DNA of 64,000 bases from assembly GCA_964439905.1 (NCBI GenBank), contig CAYTPK010000007.1:1294-65293 (forward strand), in the 5' to 3' direction. The stretch is from an uncultured Dehalococcoidia bacterium (GTDB lineage Bacteria > Chloroflexota > Dehalococcoidia > Lucifugimonadales > GCA-2712585). Of this stretch, positions 61,434 to 64,000 are shown one piece after another. The notes under the pieces were generated by a model. The model was not told where the DNA came from. It searched no databases and worked only from the letters and a program-made list of their open reading frames with translations. The number at the start of each line of letters is the position of its first letter. The stretch's first letter is position 1. A program made the translations under genes and the position numbers.

Positions 61434-61730
61434 TTATATCCAATACCTATCGTAGATGTTATCCAAAAGTTGAAACATCTCTATGATGGATCCTAGAATG
61501 AAAAGCGCCAGAGCCAGGAGGCCTAACCCAGTTATGAATATAGAAAACCTGAGTAGATTAGCGCTTTTTGGTAGGGCATTGGTTGAGACCAGGGATGGAA
61601 TGATTGCCATGGACGTAAGGGTAAGAACTCCAAAAGCAATAATAAGGGCAAAATAGTACCAGAGATGATGTAAGAGTTTACCTATCTCAGCCCAGGTAAG
61701 GGAGGTAATCGGCGCCGGGTCTGGCATCAT
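61434..61730 (-). CDS. Small two-TM membrane protein leading the act operon
   Basis: 98 aa, two hydrophobic segments, stop 9 nt before actA start with the actA AAGGA RBS overlapping. Confidence 0.75.
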   Translation of the reverse strand: MMPDPAPITSLTWAEIGKLLHHLWYYFALIIAFGVLTLTSMAIIPSLVSTNALPKSANLLRFSIFITGLGLLALALFILGSIIEMFQLLDNIYDRYWI

Positions 61731-61793
61731 TTGTGTATCGCTTAACCCCTACCGCAAGACTTCAGGGACTGCCCGATGAGCGGTAGGAGAAAA

Positions 61794-61821
61794 ATTATCA
61801 CATACGAATTTAGGGTGTCAA
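61794..61821 (-). promoter_or_regulatory. Putative promoter of the act operon
   Basis: Minus strand TTGACA-16 nt-GATAAT. Confidence 0.6.
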
Positions 61822-61863
61822 TAGTAATATGGGCGATAGTAGTGGTTTTGCCCCCAAATTTTT

Positions 61864-62793
61864 CTATTTGTGAAAAATAGGAAGTATTTCTTCTCCGAAA
61901 AGACTTAATTGGTCCGCACTTTCTTCCGAAGGGCCTAAAGGTCTCATTATGAACTTGCTTGCCCCCGCCTTTACAAATGATTCAATTTTTTTTGCGATTT
62001 CTTCTGTGGTACCAATGGCCGTGTATTCCATTGCAGAAACATCTCTTCTTGTTTGAATATTAGCCCACTCTGGTGTTAAGTGGATACGAGGGTTTTCTGA
62101 GATGTAGAATCCCATAATTGCACCTATATGGTTAGGATCTATAATACGATTATGCGATCTGGCCACACTCGAAATAAACTTTATGCCTGCCTTAATCTCT
62201 GTTGGGGTAGTTTGAGAAGTTAACCAACCGTCTCCAACAATCCCTGTTCGTCTTTGCGCTGCCCTACTCCTTCCTCCTATCCATATCGGGGGTGCCGGTT
62301 TTTGGCTAGGCTTTGGTAACAAAGAGACGTTGTCTAATGAAAAGAAAGTCCCGTGGTGCGTAACTCTTGGTTCGGTCCATAATCGTCGTATCAATTGGAT
62401 GGATTCGTTAGCCCTGTTTCCTCGTGTTTTCATATCAATTCCGCACGCCTTGTATTGGATCGGGTCATTTTGTCCAAGTCCGAAAGCTGGCAGTAATCGT
62501 CCGTTTGATAGGTAATCAAGCGTGGCAAGCTGTTTTGCTAGAATGATGGGATTACGTAGTGGTAGGGCTAATACGCTGGTGCCGAATTTGAGTTTGGTAG
62601 AATAGGCCGCTATTAGGGATAGTGCGACAGTTGGTTCTAGGAGAGGATGTTCTCCCAAAACGTGATCACTAAGCCATATGGAGTCATAATTGTACTTATC
62701 CCCTATTTTTACCAATTGTTTTAGTTGAGACCCACTAGGTAGTGAACGTATCCCTGGGGTGTAGCCAATGCGTATCTTCAAATTCATTTCCAT
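61864..62793 (-). CDS. LLM-class flavin (possibly F420)-dependent oxidoreductase
   Basis: YDSIWLSDH, GTSVL.LPLRNP..LAK..ATLD.LSNGR, PKP.Q...PPIWIGG, GDGW; true start likely 62781-62793, not 62853. Confidence 0.93.
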   Translation of the reverse strand: MEMNLKIRIGYTPGIRSLPSGSQLKQLVKIGDKYNYDSIWLSDHVLGEHPLLEPTVALSLIAAYSTKLKFGTSVLALPLRNPIILAKQLATLDYLSNGRLLPAFGLGQNDPIQYKACGIDMKTRGNRANESIQLIRRLWTEPRVTHHGTFFSLDNVSLLPKPSQKPAPPIWIGGRSRAAQRRTGIVGDGWLTSQTTPTEIKAGIKFISSVARSHNRIIDPNHIGAIMGFYISENPRIHLTPEWANIQTRRDVSAMEYTAIGTTEEIAKKIESFVKAGASKFIMRPLGPSEESADQLSLFGEEILPIFHK

Positions 62794-63006
62794 TTGACCG
62801 TAACTTAATCTGCGGGATAGTTCTAGTATAAGTCTTGAGGTTACGACTACCAACTGGGAGTGTCACATACTTCCCCTTTCGTCGCAAATCGGGTCTTTTA
62901 TTCCAGTTGAAAACGTATCTCACTATTAAGTGGTTTTCATTGTAATACTTTGCTTTAGATTGATCTGGTAGGTACAATCATACGATGTCTAATCAAGGGG
63001 TGATAA

Positions 63007-63591
63007 ATGGTCTCTGGAATTGATCCCAATAAGGTAATCCTAACGGGCGAAAACCCATACATAAGGCTCGCTCATTCTGCCGATGGAGAATTAACGACTC
63101 GAACGAGCCTCTGGAAATTAATCATGTCTCCATGTGGGAGCGGAAATGTGCTATTTATTGTGAGTACGCTCACGAATGGCATACCTAGGGTTTATTCTGA
63201 CAACATACAATTGGCGCGATGGTTTCAGAGAGACATAGCTAAACTTCAACATCCGCCCTTCGGTGATGAGGATTTGCAGGTTATTGAGGCAGACTTTAAT
63301 GCATACGGAGATATCGGGGCTTTTTGGACGGAAACTATATCGTCTTATGAAGAGGAAATCGTTATGACTTGGTTTGATATACAAGAACCTAACATGATAA
63401 ATCACCCTCCCAATAGTAGACCAGGGAGGCGGCATGGGGTTTATGCTTGTATGATACCTTCAGCAGGGGCACAGCTTACCGTTAACGGTACTAGAGCTGA
63501 AGGAAAGACTTTTTTGTCGAGTGAGTTTCCTGATACTCATGCGATGTCTTCGCTCGCATTTTCTGAATCTTGGGTGGTGGAACAAAATTAA
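63007..63591 (+). CDS. Conserved-looking hypothetical protein
   Basis: 194 aa, RBS AAGGGG, beta-rich, ends LAFSESW; no family recognised. Confidence 0.75.
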   Translation: MVSGIDPNKVILTGENPYIRLAHSADGELTTRTSLWKLIMSPCGSGNVLFIVSTLTNGIPRVYSDNIQLARWFQRDIAKLQHPPFGDEDLQVIEADFNAYGDIGAFWTETISSYEEEIVMTWFDIQEPNMINHPPNSRPGRRHGVYACMIPSAGAQLTVNGTRAEGKTFLSSEFPDTHAMSSLAFSESWVVEQN

Positions 63592-63621
63592 CCGAACCTT
63601 GTTCTCATTGGAGAAGTTCCC

Positions 63622-64000
63622 GTAAAACTATGTATTGAGATAGGGCGAAGTTGGTTAGAGACATCTTCAACTCAGCCTTTGATTAGAGCTGTTAGAAAGG
63701 CTGAACTGGCCGGGATAGATTCTATTTGGGTCTCAGAGACACCGTTCTCTTGTGACTCCTATACGGTGCTGGGGGCTCTGGCCGCTGTGACGTCAAAAGT
63801 TAATCTGGGGCCAGGAGTTACTAATCCCTACATAAGGCATCCTCATCAATTGGCTATGGCTACCATGACTTTGGATAGAATTGCTGATGGTCGTTCTTTC
63901 CTGGGGATTGGTAGGAGTGTCCCAGAATGGTACGCCCAATTGTTTGGAATAAAGACTGGAGATCCCGTTGATGTAATGAGGAAAACTCTATTGGGGTTAA
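63622..64000 (+). CDS. LLM-class (Mer-like) oxidoreductase, 3'-truncated by window edge
   Basis: Open frame reads KLCIEIG...AELAGIDSIWVSE...LAAVTSKVNLGPGVTNPYIRHP..LA....TLD.IADGR.FLGIG; absent from ORF track; start codon uncertain. Confidence 0.88.

Overview
Moderately AT-rich bacterial chromosomal segment, most consistent with a marine Dehalococcoidia (SAR202-like Chloroflexota) genome; this assignment is an inference from the LLM oxidoreductases, amidohydrolase_2 paralogues, Ldh_2/amidase/NIPSNAP genes and an alternative complex III. Left part is housekeeping: atpA(partial)-G-D-C, rhomboid, aspS, tig-clpP and a tight minus-strand topA-xerC-aroQ-pepP-efp-xseA-xseB-PHP-purN-like operon. A 7-kb accessory block lies between two co-oriented tRNA-Ser genes and includes a thioredoxin-fold/TPR gene that the ORF track truncates because of an in-frame TGA (WASW-U-SC, followed by a SECIS-like hairpin): a probable selenoprotein. 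The middle holds glmU, tRNA-Arg/tRNA-Pro, catabolic enzymes, a giant FtsX-type ABC permease, a rubrerythrin-VIT1 fusion, lipB, queF and ispH. The right part is a 13-kb minus-strand cluster: a rearranged alternative complex III (small membrane ORF, actA, split actB1/actB2, actF-like, actC, actD, actE) followed by ccmH, ccmF, two uncharacterised membrane proteins and a TlpA/CcmG thioredoxin. No CRISPR array, rRNA, transposase or prophage was seen. All calls are by eye from sequence and motifs; no searches were run.
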